Source: an uncultured virus (IMG/VR IMGVR_UViG_3300032088_001800)
Lineage: Duplodnaviria > Heunggongvirae > Uroviricota > Caudoviricetes
Direction: 5' to 3' (one strand)
Length of the DNA stretch: 64,000 nucleotides
IMG/VR virus record: IMGVR_UViG_3300032088_001800
Coordinates: 62,001-126,000 of that record
Part shown: piece by piece, positions 39,517-48,633 of the stretch
Numbering within the stretch: the first letter of the stretch is position 1
Layout of the letters: each line of letters begins with the position of its first letter
The notes under the pieces: generated by a model
What the model was told of the DNA's origin: nothing
The model's input: the letters and a program-made list of their open reading frames with translations, nothing else
Databases searched by the model: none
Translations under genes and position numbers: made by a program

Positions 39517-41158
39517 AGATTGTATCTTTTAGGTATTGATAATGCGATGGTGCATCTTCAGCAAGCATATCAATGTATTGTTTCTTTTGATCCCAGTAAT
39601 CTTGTGTCTGTTGTGAGAACATTTCAGGTACTTCACCGTTACGTGCTATCAACAAGTTTTCAAGAACGCCTAATTGTGTAGGGTTTGCAGGAAGGTTATT
39701 CATACCTACAAATATATCCGGAACGCCGCCCATATACGGATCACCTGGTAGATCGTGTGATTGTAACATTCTATTTGCCATTTCAGCCATATTAGTATGT
39801 ACATCGTCATACTTTAAATCATCTACAGTAGCGTCCATTCTTACCCACTCTGTACATTGTCTCCAATATTCAGTATCTCTTCTTCCACTAAGTGTAAAGT
39901 GGTAACCTACAAAGTTTCTAAATCCATTCATAATTTGTCTATTAACAATGTTGAATTGATCTTTGTAAACTCTGTTAACTATAGGCTTGTGCAATGTTTC
40001 GCATAACCTTAATAGTACTTCTTGTACACTTAACAGTCCAGTTGATTCTAATGGTTCAATAAACCCATATGCAAGTCCAACTCCAACAACATTAGTCTTC
40101 CATGCTGTTCTATGGCAACCGTTTTCTATTTTAATATGTTTAAACTCTAACTCGTCAACATTTTTTTCAAAGTGCATATAATCAGTATTTTTTAAATATT
40201 CTTTAAAATGTTCTAATGCATTTTCGTGATTTGTTGGACCAAGAGTACCGTCATCGTTCTCTTGTTTATCCATATACATTTTACTATCGTATACATATCC
40301 TGTACCAATTCTATTATATAGAGGAATATTCCATACCCAACCATTATCAAACGCAGTACAGTTAGTAACGTTTTCCATTTCAACTTCTTTATCGTCATAT
40401 GGCAAATGACAATGCCATGCATAATCATTTTTCAATACATCTCTAAATGAATCGTAAGGAACGTTTAATGCACCTTTTAGTAGCATTGATTTGAACCCGG
40501 TACAGTCTAAATATAAATCAGCATCGATAACATCGCCATTGGATAATTTAAGTCCAGTTATATACTCTTCACCGTCTATATTAACTTCTGTAATATCTTC
40601 TTTAATGTGTACTACACCGTTTGGTAAACAAATTTTATCTCTTAAATAGTTACCAAATTTTGTAGCATCCATGTGATAAGCAACATCAGAACTAAAGCTA
40701 AATCCTGGTAATTGTCCGTCGGCATTATCATATACTTTGTTTTTGTATATCAACGGCATAACACTATAAAAACTTTCGTAGAAGTCATTATTAGGCGTTT
40801 CCGGATTTAATGTTTTCTTAACATACCAATCAGTTAGTCCTTGTTGCGTATTCTGTGTATCTTTAATACCAAACGGATAATAAAATGCTTGGCCTTTTTC
40901 ATAGAAGTCTGTAAATTTAATACCAAACTTATATGTTGCATCACATTCTTTCATCCAGTCTGTATCTTTTAGACCTAGTGCATCCATGAAGCTGTTAATA
41001 GTTCCAAGTGTTGATTCCCCTACTCCTACAGTTGGTATATCAGGAGATTCAACTAGTGCAATTTGCATGTCTGGAAATTGCTTTGACAGCATTGCAGCAC
41101 TCATCCAACCAGCAGATCCGCCACCGGCAATAATTATTCTTTCAATCGGTTTTCTCAT
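39455..41158 (-). CDS. Flavin-dependent (tryptophan halogenase family) halogenase A
   Basis: GGGSAGW, TVGVGEST, ATYKFGIKF, GWVWNIPL, GFIEPLESTG. Confidence 0.92.
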   Translation of the reverse strand: MRKPIERIIIAGGGSAGWMSAAMLSKQFPDMQIALVESPDIPTVGVGESTLGTINSFMDALGLKDTDWMKECDATYKFGIKFTDFYEKGQAFYYPFGIKDTQNTQQGLTDWYVKKTLNPETPNNDFYESFYSVMPLIYKNKVYDNADGQLPGFSFSSDVAYHMDATKFGNYLRDKICLPNGVVHIKEDITEVNIDGEEYITGLKLSNGDVIDADLYLDCTGFKSMLLKGALNVPYDSFRDVLKNDYAWHCHLPYDDKEVEMENVTNCTAFDNGWVWNIPLYNRIGTGYVYDSKMYMDKQENDDGTLGPTNHENALEHFKEYLKNTDYMHFEKNVDELEFKHIKIENGCHRTAWKTNVVGVGLAYGFIEPLESTGLLSVQEVLLRLCETLHKPIVNRVYKDQFNIVNRQIMNGFRNFVGYHFTLSGRRDTEYWRQCTEWVRMDATVDDLKYDDVHTNMAEMANRMLQSHDLPGDPYMGGVPDIFVGMNNLPANPTQLGVLENLLIARNGEVPEMFSQQTQDYWDQKKQYIDMLAEDAPSHYQYLKDTIFEPVEVEDNGDIEEIEDESE

Positions 41159-41769
41159 AAAGCATTCCTTTTTTCTTCTTCAACATCAGATAGCCAATTA
41201 AATGCTACTGTAATTCTTGTTTCATTAGTGGTATTTAACTGAACTTGGTGTTCTAACCAGCCAGGAAAGAGTATAAGCATGCCAGGCGATGGTCTAAACC
41301 ATTCATACTCGTGTACTTGTTGTCCTGCAGGAAATAGTCCCTGTTTAGCTTGTGGTACAGGATTCTTTAATCCTATGTCACCATCTTCGCCTGATGTTTG
41401 ATAATAGTATACGCCACTAATAAAGCTATCACTATGCGAGTGCCATTCTTGTCCTTGGCCTTTACTTGATTTATTAACCCAACTATGTGCCATAAAGATA
41501 GGTTTTCCAATAAAGGGTTGAATCTCTTGACAATATGCATATGTATGTTTCTTAACATATTCATGTAGATTAGTTAATTTAAAATCAGCAATTGTATTTT
41601 TGCGTGAATTAATATTAGTTTGAATATCTTCTAACCATCCATCTGGTCTTTCAAACTTGTCTTTGTTTATTTCATCTAATGCACCTTTAATTTCATTTTG
41701 TACTAAAAAGATTTCTTCAATTTTAGGCGTATGAAAATAAACCGGCGTAGGAAACATATTTCGTATCAT
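41155..41769 (-). CDS. 2OG-Fe(II) oxygenase (TIGR02466-like)
   Basis: SWVN..WHSH..ISGVYY...LILFPGWLEHQV..RITVAFN. Confidence 0.85.
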   Translation of the reverse strand: MIRNMFPTPVYFHTPKIEEIFLVQNEIKGALDEINKDKFERPDGWLEDIQTNINSRKNTIADFKLTNLHEYVKKHTYAYCQEIQPFIGKPIFMAHSWVNKSSKGQGQEWHSHSDSFISGVYYYQTSGEDGDIGLKNPVPQAKQGLFPAGQQVHEYEWFRPSPGMLILFPGWLEHQVQLNTTNETRITVAFNWLSDVEEEKRNAL

Positions 41770-42461
41770 TTGCCTTTATCCTGCATTAGTTTTTTGTATT
41801 TGTAATATTGACCTGAAAATGTAAATGCATATGTACTATGCTTTAACTGCCATTCCATACCATCAACTACATGATGATGCAATACTATTTTTTTATCTGA
41901 CAAAGGCATAACATGTGCTAAAGGTTCACCAGCATTAATTGAAAAATTATTAGGATATAATTTTTTTTGTGCAAGTACATTTATGTTAGTAGTATGTTGG
42001 TACTTGTATTCTACAATACCAGTTGGAACCGAATACTTAGCTGTATCATTTTGCCAAAATGGTTGTGTCCATATAAATTGAACACCTGTCTTTTCTCTTA
42101 TACGCCATGGACTAATAATTTTCATGTGTCCATAATCTTTTAGTGCTGATCCCCATTGTGAAGGTTCGTGATTTTCAGCTTCACTTTCGGGTACTGCACG
42201 TGGTGTACCATTTACTACTTCTGCATAAAATTCTCTATGCGCAGGAATAATAAATCCTTTTCTAAATAGATCAGCCACTCCAGGACAAGTTTTCATTGTA
42301 CCTCTTTGTGGTCCTTTGTACTCTACAGTAGTAGATAACTTTTTATACCATTCGGGTAAGAACTTTATTGCAGGAGCAATTGGAAACAAATCAACAATCT
42401 CCTGCTGGTATGTAAAGCAGTCAAGATGTATTTTGCTAGGGCGTCTAATAATATTGAACAT
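41766..42461 (-). CDS. DUF6065-like / dUTPase-fold-like protein (paralog 3)
   Basis: P.PA.KFLPEWYK..TMKTCPG..D...GFII; PTGIVEY; INAGEPLAHV. Confidence 0.5.
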   Translation of the reverse strand: MFNIIRRPSKIHLDCFTYQQEIVDLFPIAPAIKFLPEWYKKLSTTVEYKGPQRGTMKTCPGVADLFRKGFIIPAHREFYAEVVNGTPRAVPESEAENHEPSQWGSALKDYGHMKIISPWRIREKTGVQFIWTQPFWQNDTAKYSVPTGIVEYKYQHTTNINVLAQKKLYPNNFSINAGEPLAHVMPLSDKKIVLHHHVVDGMEWQLKHSTYAFTFSGQYYKYKKLMQDKGK

Positions 42462-42466
42462 ACTAA

Positions 42467-42473
42467 TAATTAC
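42467..42473 (-). promoter_or_regulatory. Late promoter variant GTAATTA, 5 nt before ATG 42461
   Basis: Same TAAnTA-N5-ATG geometry as other sites; no SD. Confidence 0.5.
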
Positions 42474-43153
42474 CTATAATTTTTCTTTTGATGAAAGAAT
42501 TTGGCGTATGTTCCGTGCCATACTTTCTTTATGAAATGAGAGTAAACAGTTTTGCCTAAGTAGTCATCGTATACAATTTCAGACTTCCAATTGTCACGTT
42601 TAAATGGCATAGCAATCATTAATGGATCACCTGGGTCAGCTACAAAATCTTGTTTAGCATAACCAACAAAATTTACACTATCGTCATGTGTATCGGTATC
42701 AACTACACTAGGAAACATTACATAATCTTCATTCATATTATAGAAAGGTTGAAAAAACAATGTACTATAGCCAGGCGGAGTTCTAACCATCCAAGGTTGG
42801 TTAAATTTAATATAATTATGATTGTCGCCCTCAATCTTAATAGGACATTGTTCGTGCGGATGAGCTGACACATAATCCTTCATAGGACACATATACTCAG
42901 TATCTCTTCTTCCGTTTTCATTTAATACTTTAAAGTCTGTTTGATGTGAATGCCGCAAGACATAACCAGTAGTAAGGTAATCTAATACTGGAACACATTT
43001 CTTAATTGTAGGTACTGCATGTTTTTCTTGACCATGCATTATTTCGTTTGGTATTTGTTTGTACCAATCAGGAATTATTTTTGAAGCAGGTAAAGGCGGA
43101 TAAAGATCCACGATAGTTTTGTCGTAACAAATAAACTTTATTATGTTATCCAC
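42470..43153 (-). CDS. DUF6065-like / dUTPase-fold-like protein (paralog 2), GTG start
   Basis: PASKIIPDWYK, TIKKCVPVLD..GY, TPPGYS.LF, PSVVDTD, PGDPL...PFKR. Confidence 0.55.
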   Translation of the reverse strand: MDNIIKFICYDKTIVDLYPPLPASKIIPDWYKQIPNEIMHGQEKHAVPTIKKCVPVLDYLTTGYVLRHSHQTDFKVLNENGRRDTEYMCPMKDYVSAHPHEQCPIKIEGDNHNYIKFNQPWMVRTPPGYSTLFFQPFYNMNEDYVMFPSVVDTDTHDDSVNFVGYAKQDFVADPGDPLMIAMPFKRDNWKSEIVYDDYLGKTVYSHFIKKVWHGTYAKFFHQKKNYR

Positions 43154-43155
43154 TA

Positions 43156-43803
43156 TTATTTAAATTCCTTTTTTGCATGAAACAATTTCTTGTATGCACC
43201 TGTAATATATTGTAACACATGACTACTGATATTGTCAACTAAATTTACTTGTGATGTCCAAGGATCTCTTTTAAACGGAACTACTTGTGCAAGTATATCA
43301 CCTGGACTAATTTTTAAATTTTTGACATGTGCTTCTACTACTACTGATAGTACATAATCATGTTTATCAGTGTCAATTATTCCTGGTAGAACTGTAAAGT
43401 TAGTTATGTCTTGATAGTGTGGATGAAATATCATACAACTGTAACCTGGTGGTGTTTTGATAACAAAATCAGTTTCTATTCTTGCATAGGATTTTTGTAT
43501 AACTTTTGTTTTTGGAAATGCGGTATTAGTATATATGCTAGGGTGTTTACGCATCTGTGGTCTTGTGTTAACACTACTAATTTCTCTTCCCTTTACAAAA
43601 TCTTTTATTTTTTCGTCAACATCATATTCATATGTGCTTCGAATCATATATCCGCTATTAATAAAGTCCATAACAGGTGGACACGAATATATAGTATCGC
43701 GAGGTTCTATATTGCTATTATACCAATCAGGCATACTAGTACTTGCAGGTATTGGAGAGAAATATTTTGCTGTTTCACGGTCTGTTATAAATTCAATTTT
43801 CAT
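43156..43803 (-). CDS. DUF6065-like / dUTPase-fold-like protein (paralog 1)
   Basis: PIPAS..MPDWY, CPPVMD..GY, TPPGYS, LPGIIDTD, ISPGDILAQVVPFKR. Confidence 0.55.
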   Translation of the reverse strand: MKIEFITDRETAKYFSPIPASTSMPDWYNSNIEPRDTIYSCPPVMDFINSGYMIRSTYEYDVDEKIKDFVKGREISSVNTRPQMRKHPSIYTNTAFPKTKVIQKSYARIETDFVIKTPPGYSCMIFHPHYQDITNFTVLPGIIDTDKHDYVLSVVVEAHVKNLKISPGDILAQVVPFKRDPWTSQVNLVDNISSHVLQYITGAYKKLFHAKKEFK

Positions 43804-44492
43804 TTTTTTCTTACTCTAATATTTCCAGATACAGTAATTCTAAAGTCGTCACTTTGATAAAACGGATACACTTGGTGATACATCTTAGCTGGGAATACAC
43901 AAATTCTACCTTCAAAAGATTTATCAACAGGCAAATCTAATGTTCTTATTGCTCCGAGACTATTACTAAAGACAAACTCAAATTTTCCTACTCTATCTTT
44001 ACTTGCACTATATGCTTGCATACCTAATTGGTCGTCAAAGCTATAAGGTACTTGAGTCCAGACTACAAAACTTAACAACCCAGTGTGTAAGTGTAAAGGT
44101 AAAAATTCAGTAGGGCGTTGATAATTTATCCATAAACGCTCTACGTACAACTCAGCTTGTGAAAATTCATCTATATCACTAATTAGTAATTCGGCCTCAA
44201 TGTCAGGAAATGTTTCTATATAAGTTTGAGATAATTTTAATAACTCTGCTTCAAATGCCTTCCTACTAGTTGTAGGCTCTGTAAAGAATAATTCTTTAGG
44301 TATATCGTCTTCAAACATCTTTAGCAAGTCGTGTTTACGTTTTCCTGAAGACTCTACTATTTTGTCAATGCCCCCAATGGCATCTTTCTTCAGCATTTGA
44401 AATACAAAAGGATTTAAATCTGCCATATAGATACCTGTTTGGTAATCTATTAATTCATTATTATACTGCGGTTTGTTACCTTTTAGTAGCAT
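43800..44492 (-). CDS. 2OG-Fe(II) oxygenase
   Basis: LWINYQ..EFLPLHLHTG.LSFVVW...ICVFPAKMYHQV..RITVSGN. Confidence 0.8.
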   Translation of the reverse strand: MLLKGNKPQYNNELIDYQTGIYMADLNPFVFQMLKKDAIGGIDKIVESSGKRKHDLLKMFEDDIPKELFFTEPTTSRKAFEAELLKLSQTYIETFPDIEAELLISDIDEFSQAELYVERLWINYQRPTEFLPLHLHTGLLSFVVWTQVPYSFDDQLGMQAYSASKDRVGKFEFVFSNSLGAIRTLDLPVDKSFEGRICVFPAKMYHQVYPFYQSDDFRITVSGNIRVRKK

Positions 44493-45121
44493 TAATATCC
44501 ATCCGTATCATTAGGTGTTTTCAACATTAAGTTAGTTGCAATAGTAACTCTTAATTTATTTTCTTTATGTGCTGGGCTAGAATGTTTTAACCAACTAGGA
44601 AACAAAATTATATCTCCTTCTTCTACTTTAGGCTGTTCTCTTTCGTGCAAATACATTTCAGGTAAGTATGCAAGATCCTTTGTAGGACAAAAAGATCTTA
44701 AATTTTGATTATCAGGATTAAAGAATATAGTTCCTGCATCTTCTTCTTCTAAATGAGTATAATGCACATAACTCCAACTAATTGTACTACTACCGCCTAC
44801 GTGATCATGTTTCCATTCGTTTTGATTATCAGTACTAAAGTTATACCATGACCGTTGACGTAAATTCCATTCATTCATATTAAAGCCTATATGTGTTAAT
44901 GCTTTGTTTATATCAGGCAAAAATAAGCTATGTATAAATTTCCAGTTTACCATAGCACCAGTACCCGGAATATAATCAGTAAAAATACTTTGTGATCCGC
45001 CGTTAGGTTCACTCTTTTCAAATGCAGGAAGTACAAACTTCATAAGATGTTCTTTAATTTTATCATGGTTACTACATTTAAATTTATATACATGCTGTGG
45101 AAATAAAGGTAAGTGTTCCAT
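44492..45121 (-). CDS. 2OG-Fe(II) oxygenase
   Basis: SWYN..HDH..SYVHY..EGDIILFPSWLKHS..RVTIATN. Confidence 0.8.
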   Translation of the reverse strand: MEHLPLFPQHVYKFKCSNHDKIKEHLMKFVLPAFEKSEPNGGSQSIFTDYIPGTGAMVNWKFIHSLFLPDINKALTHIGFNMNEWNLRQRSWYNFSTDNQNEWKHDHVGGSSTISWSYVHYTHLEEEDAGTIFFNPDNQNLRSFCPTKDLAYLPEMYLHEREQPKVEEGDIILFPSWLKHSSPAHKENKLRVTIATNLMLKTPNDTDGY

Positions 45122-45720
45122 TATCGATCCATCCTAAGTTGCTTATTAATTTTAGTATTAAACATAAAACTTATTCCTATTGAAACTCTCCAGTTTTGCG
45201 TCGGAGTATGTGCTTGATGTAAGTATCTTCCTGGAAACAACACAATCTTTCCTTGCTTATACGTTGATCTACAAACTTCAGTAGTTGGATTCTTATTAGA
45301 CTGATAGAATACTGTATCACCGTCGCTGTCAGTGGCATAGTAAACAGCAGTCCAAATAAGTTCATTGTCTGTAGAGTCTACGTGCTTTTCAGGACTCTGT
45401 CCAGGTAACTGTCCGTTCACAGCAATTCTTTGCCAACCTTCAAATGTACCTTCTGGATCTACTGTAGGAAGTATATTGTATTTAATAGCATCACATACGT
45501 TCATTACTACATGTGGCTTCTGCGTATCATGATTACTTTCTAAAAGATATAACATCTTTCCAAAATAAGGCTTACCATCAGATAATGTATTTCCGTGGTG
45601 CCCGTATTCAAAACCAAACTGAGTAAATTGCTCTTGCCCTGCTTTTATCATCCACTCTGGAAATATTTCAAATTCATATATATTTTGTTTTTCTGCTAAC
45701 GAATTTTTTAAATTAAACAT
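45121..45720 (-). CDS. 2OG-Fe(II) oxygenase (HxD...H, prolyl-hydroxylase-like)
   Basis: NGQ..HVD..TAVYY..GDTVF..GKIVLFPG.YLHQA..RVSI. Confidence 0.8.
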   Translation of the reverse strand: MFNLKNSLAEKQNIYEFEIFPEWMIKAGQEQFTQFGFEYGHHGNTLSDGKPYFGKMLYLLESNHDTQKPHVVMNVCDAIKYNILPTVDPEGTFEGWQRIAVNGQLPGQSPEKHVDSTDNELIWTAVYYATDSDGDTVFYQSNKNPTTEVCRSTYKQGKIVLFPGRYLHQAHTPTQNWRVSIGISFMFNTKINKQLRMDR

Positions 45721-46333
45721 TTGTTTCCTCGTGTGTATATAAGTTTAGTGCTACTGTTGCACGTAACTTTTCAGATGTTTGTGCGCCAACACTATGTGGT
45801 ACAAATGAAGGAAAAAATATTAAGTCGCCTTCTTGAACTTGTGGTATATGTAACCTCTTCCAATCATACGGTAAATTATTAGAATTTTTTGTCATATGTG
45901 AATTACCGTAGAATGCATACAACGGATTCTTAAATACTGTTGGTGTATGTTCGTCTTTGTCATATATTACATAATGTATTGCACTATATACACAACTAGG
46001 ATAGCCACCCATATGGTCATGTTCTTCTTGCATTTGACCTTTACTACCTACATTGTACCATGCATGGACACGTTTGTTCCAACTTATGTTCTTGTTAAAG
46101 CCTGCCTTTAAATGAAACTTTTCTATATCTGTATTATAGAACTTTAAAAATTCGTCATCTAATTTATCTGCACCTGGAAAATAATCACTATAAAGATTTA
46201 ACTGTTCTGCATTAGGTGATTTAGGTAAGTTAGGAATAATAGTATCAGCAAAGTATTCCTTTACTAACTTTTGATTAGTAGCTTTTGCTGTGTAGATAGG
46301 TACATCAAACATACCATTTCGAAGTAACATCAT
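45713..46333 (-). CDS. 2OG-Fe(II) oxygenase (start probably ATG 46333, an ATGA overlap)
   Basis: AWYN..EHDH..SAIHY..EGDLIFFPSFVPHSV..RATVALN. Confidence 0.8.
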   Translation of the reverse strand: MMLLRNGMFDVPIYTAKATNQKLVKEYFADTIIPNLPKSPNAEQLNLYSDYFPGADKLDDEFLKFYNTDIEKFHLKAGFNKNISWNKRVHAWYNVGSKGQMQEEHDHMGGYPSCVYSAIHYVIYDKDEHTPTVFKNPLYAFYGNSHMTKNSNNLPYDWKRLHIPQVQEGDLIFFPSFVPHSVGAQTSEKLRATVALNLYTHEETNV

Positions 46334-47013
46334 CGGTCGTTCCAATCAGGAGTTACACTTAATAAACTTTTTGGTTGTGTATATTCATAATGTTCTATAA
46401 AGAATATTATAGATAATCTTTGTTCGCCGTTATTAATAACATAATTATTAGGTCTATGAAAAATACTGCTATCATATGCAATTAGTCGATTATACACATT
46501 GCCACATTTGAGAGTTTCTTTGAAATGACTATGGTTATCTTCTAAATCTTGTTTGTATTGCTGTGTAATTTCTTTACTTAAATTAAATTTATTTCTAGAA
46601 GTTATATCAGGAGTAGAAAAATTTCTATTAGATGTTTTTGCAAACATACTAGTACCTGCTTGCATATCTAACAGACCTTGATTCAAATATATAACACCAG
46701 CTACTTTTACTGGATCGTTGTGTATCCATCCTGCATTACAATCAGGGTCATCATATACATCGTTTTTATGGAATCTAATATCTATTTTAAGATTACGCAT
46801 TCCGATAAATATTTCGTCAGCAATACGCTTTGCAAGGTAAGTACCAAAACTTGCGCATTCTTGATTAATTTCAAATAGATTTTTTGTACGTGTACCAGGA
46901 TGCACTGGAGACTTTATAAAGTCCAGTTTATTAGCTAAATCAACAACTTTATCAGGGTTATTGAAGAAGTTATCTTGAGACCTAAAGAAATTAGAAAAAT
47001 GATGTATGTGCAT
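46330..47013 (-). CDS. 2OG-Fe(II) oxygenase, DUF6445-like (start reassigned to ATG 47013)
   Basis: DNFFNNPD.V..PGTRT, GWIHND, AGVIYLN..GTS, NVYNRLI.Y...FH, RL...FF. Confidence 0.75.
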   Translation of the reverse strand: MHIHHFSNFFRSQDNFFNNPDKVVDLANKLDFIKSPVHPGTRTKNLFEINQECASFGTYLAKRIADEIFIGMRNLKIDIRFHKNDVYDDPDCNAGWIHNDPVKVAGVIYLNQGLLDMQAGTSMFAKTSNRNFSTPDITSRNKFNLSKEITQQYKQDLEDNHSHFKETLKCGNVYNRLIAYDSSIFHRPNNYVINNGEQRLSIIFFIEHYEYTQPKSLLSVTPDWNDR

Positions 47014-47018
47014 ATATC

Positions 47019-47025
47019 TACTTAT
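47019..47025 (-). promoter_or_regulatory. Late promoter variant ATAAGTA driving the oxygenase/halogenase cassette, 5 nt before ATG 47013
   Basis: Minus strand reads ATAAGTA-GATAT-ATG. Confidence 0.55.
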
Positions 47026-47057
47026 GCTTCGGGCGGTGGGTTGTAAATGTTTTTTGA

Positions 47058-47064
47058 ATAAATA
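47058..47064 (+). promoter_or_regulatory. Late promoter ATAAATA, divergent from the cassette promoter
   Basis: Consensus followed by AGGA SD and ATG 47089. Confidence 0.7.
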
Positions 47065-47088
47065 CATTAGTAGAAGCAGGAAAATTAA

Positions 47089-48630
47089 ATGGCACAAACA
47101 ATCAGTAACAGCATACGCATTATTCCACGCGATGAGAACTTCCTAAACAGAAACGTAGGGGCAAGCGGTGAAATTTTCTATAACAGAGATGAAAACACGC
47201 TACGTTTATATGACGGAAATACCCGTGGAGGATATACAGTTGCAAGCACAGCTAACCTGTCGACTATTACAGGTACAGCAGGTGTAGCAAGTTTAGAATA
47301 CACAACAACAATTGATAATAACGGAGTTAGTAACAAATACGTGTTTAATAACGTGTCGGCTCCTGAATTACAATTAGTTATAGGTTATACATATGTTTTT
47401 GATCAAAGCGATCAAACAAACGAATACTATCCAAATCCAGACGGCGGAGTTAATAATCAACACCCCCTTTCGTTTAGTGAAACACCAAACGGAGAACTAG
47501 CATTTGGAGCAGTTTATGAAAACAATGTTAAATATCAACTAGATGGTAAAGAAGTTACTCAAGAAATATACAAAGGCACTAAATTTGCATCAGCAGCTGA
47601 CCGCAGAGTATTTTTGCTTGTAACTAAAGATACGCCAACTACGTTATACTACTATTGTACAAGACACCAAAATATGGGCAACTCAATTAGTATTGTTGAA
47701 CCAGGTGCAGGCAGCAGTAGTGACGAATCAGCAAGTATTGCAGTAGGTGAAAATGCTCCATCGAGTCCAATAGTAGGAAATATTTGGTTTAATAATTCAA
47801 CCGGTGTGTTATACATTAGAGCAGATGATGCTTCTGGAGACGAGTATTGGATACAACCTAGTGTACCACAAACAGATGCATTTACACAGTTTACGGTTGA
47901 TACTGACACACTGGCACCAACAGATAGCGCAGATGAAATTACATTTGTAGCAGGAGCAAACGTTACACTTACTGCCGATGCTGTTGCAAATACAATCGAA
48001 ATAGCAGCAACCGGCGGTGGCGGCGGTGGCGGCGGCGGCGATGTAGTTGATGATACAGCACCACAACTAGGCGGCGACTTAGATCTTAATACAAGTGATA
48101 TTACTGGCACAGGTAATATTAACATTACGGGAGCAATAGCAGCTTCAACATCAGTATCAGCTCCTAGCTTCGTAAATACAGGCGTAGGCGGAGCATCAGT
48201 TACTAGTGCAACTACTTTATCAATTGCAGCACCAGATGGTATTGTTATAAACGGCGAAATAGACCTCGGTGTAATACTTAAAAGTTCAGAAAAACTTAAT
48301 ATGAAAACTTCAGCTACAGGTGTAGTTGAACATGATTATGATACTGGAGCAGTTTGGTATCATTCAAGTTTATCAGGAAACTTTACTGCAAATTTAACAA
48401 ATATACCAACAGATGATAATAGGGTTATAGTTGTAACATTATTAATATCGCAAGGCGGAACACCTTACTTACCTACAGCTTTACAAATTGACGGAGCAGC
48501 ACAGTCTATCTTATGGTTAGATGCAACTACACCTTCTGGCAACGGCGGACAGTTAGATTCAGTTACATTTAGTCTAATTAGACAATCAGCAAGCTGGAAC
48601 GTAATTGGCGCATTAACAACATTTGGATAA
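47089..48630 (+). CDS. Tail fibre protein with a cupredoxin-like domain
   Basis: GEIFYN....LRLYDG.T.GG N-terminus; Y.FDQSD..N..HPL.FS...LYYYCTRHQNMG; PQLGGDLDLN; poly-Gly linker. Confidence 0.7.
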   Translation: MAQTISNSIRIIPRDENFLNRNVGASGEIFYNRDENTLRLYDGNTRGGYTVASTANLSTITGTAGVASLEYTTTIDNNGVSNKYVFNNVSAPELQLVIGYTYVFDQSDQTNEYYPNPDGGVNNQHPLSFSETPNGELAFGAVYENNVKYQLDGKEVTQEIYKGTKFASAADRRVFLLVTKDTPTTLYYYCTRHQNMGNSISIVEPGAGSSSDESASIAVGENAPSSPIVGNIWFNNSTGVLYIRADDASGDEYWIQPSVPQTDAFTQFTVDTDTLAPTDSADEITFVAGANVTLTADAVANTIEIAATGGGGGGGGGDVVDDTAPQLGGDLDLNTSDITGTGNINITGAIAASTSVSAPSFVNTGVGGASVTSATTLSIAAPDGIVINGEIDLGVILKSSEKLNMKTSATGVVEHDYDTGAVWYHSSLSGNFTANLTNIPTDDNRVIVVTLLISQGGTPYLPTALQIDGAAQSILWLDATTPSGNGGQLDSVTFSLIRQSASWNVIGALTTFG

Positions 48631-48633
48631 CAT

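Noticed and set aside
47014..47097. N-terminal extension of the 46330..47097 ORF in the track
   Set aside because: Overlaps the divergent promoter region and the start of 47089; ATG 47013 fits the promoter geometry and family N-terminus
48012..48039. GGC/GGT trinucleotide run
   Set aside because: Encodes a poly-Gly hinge typical of fibres; not a phase-variation tract
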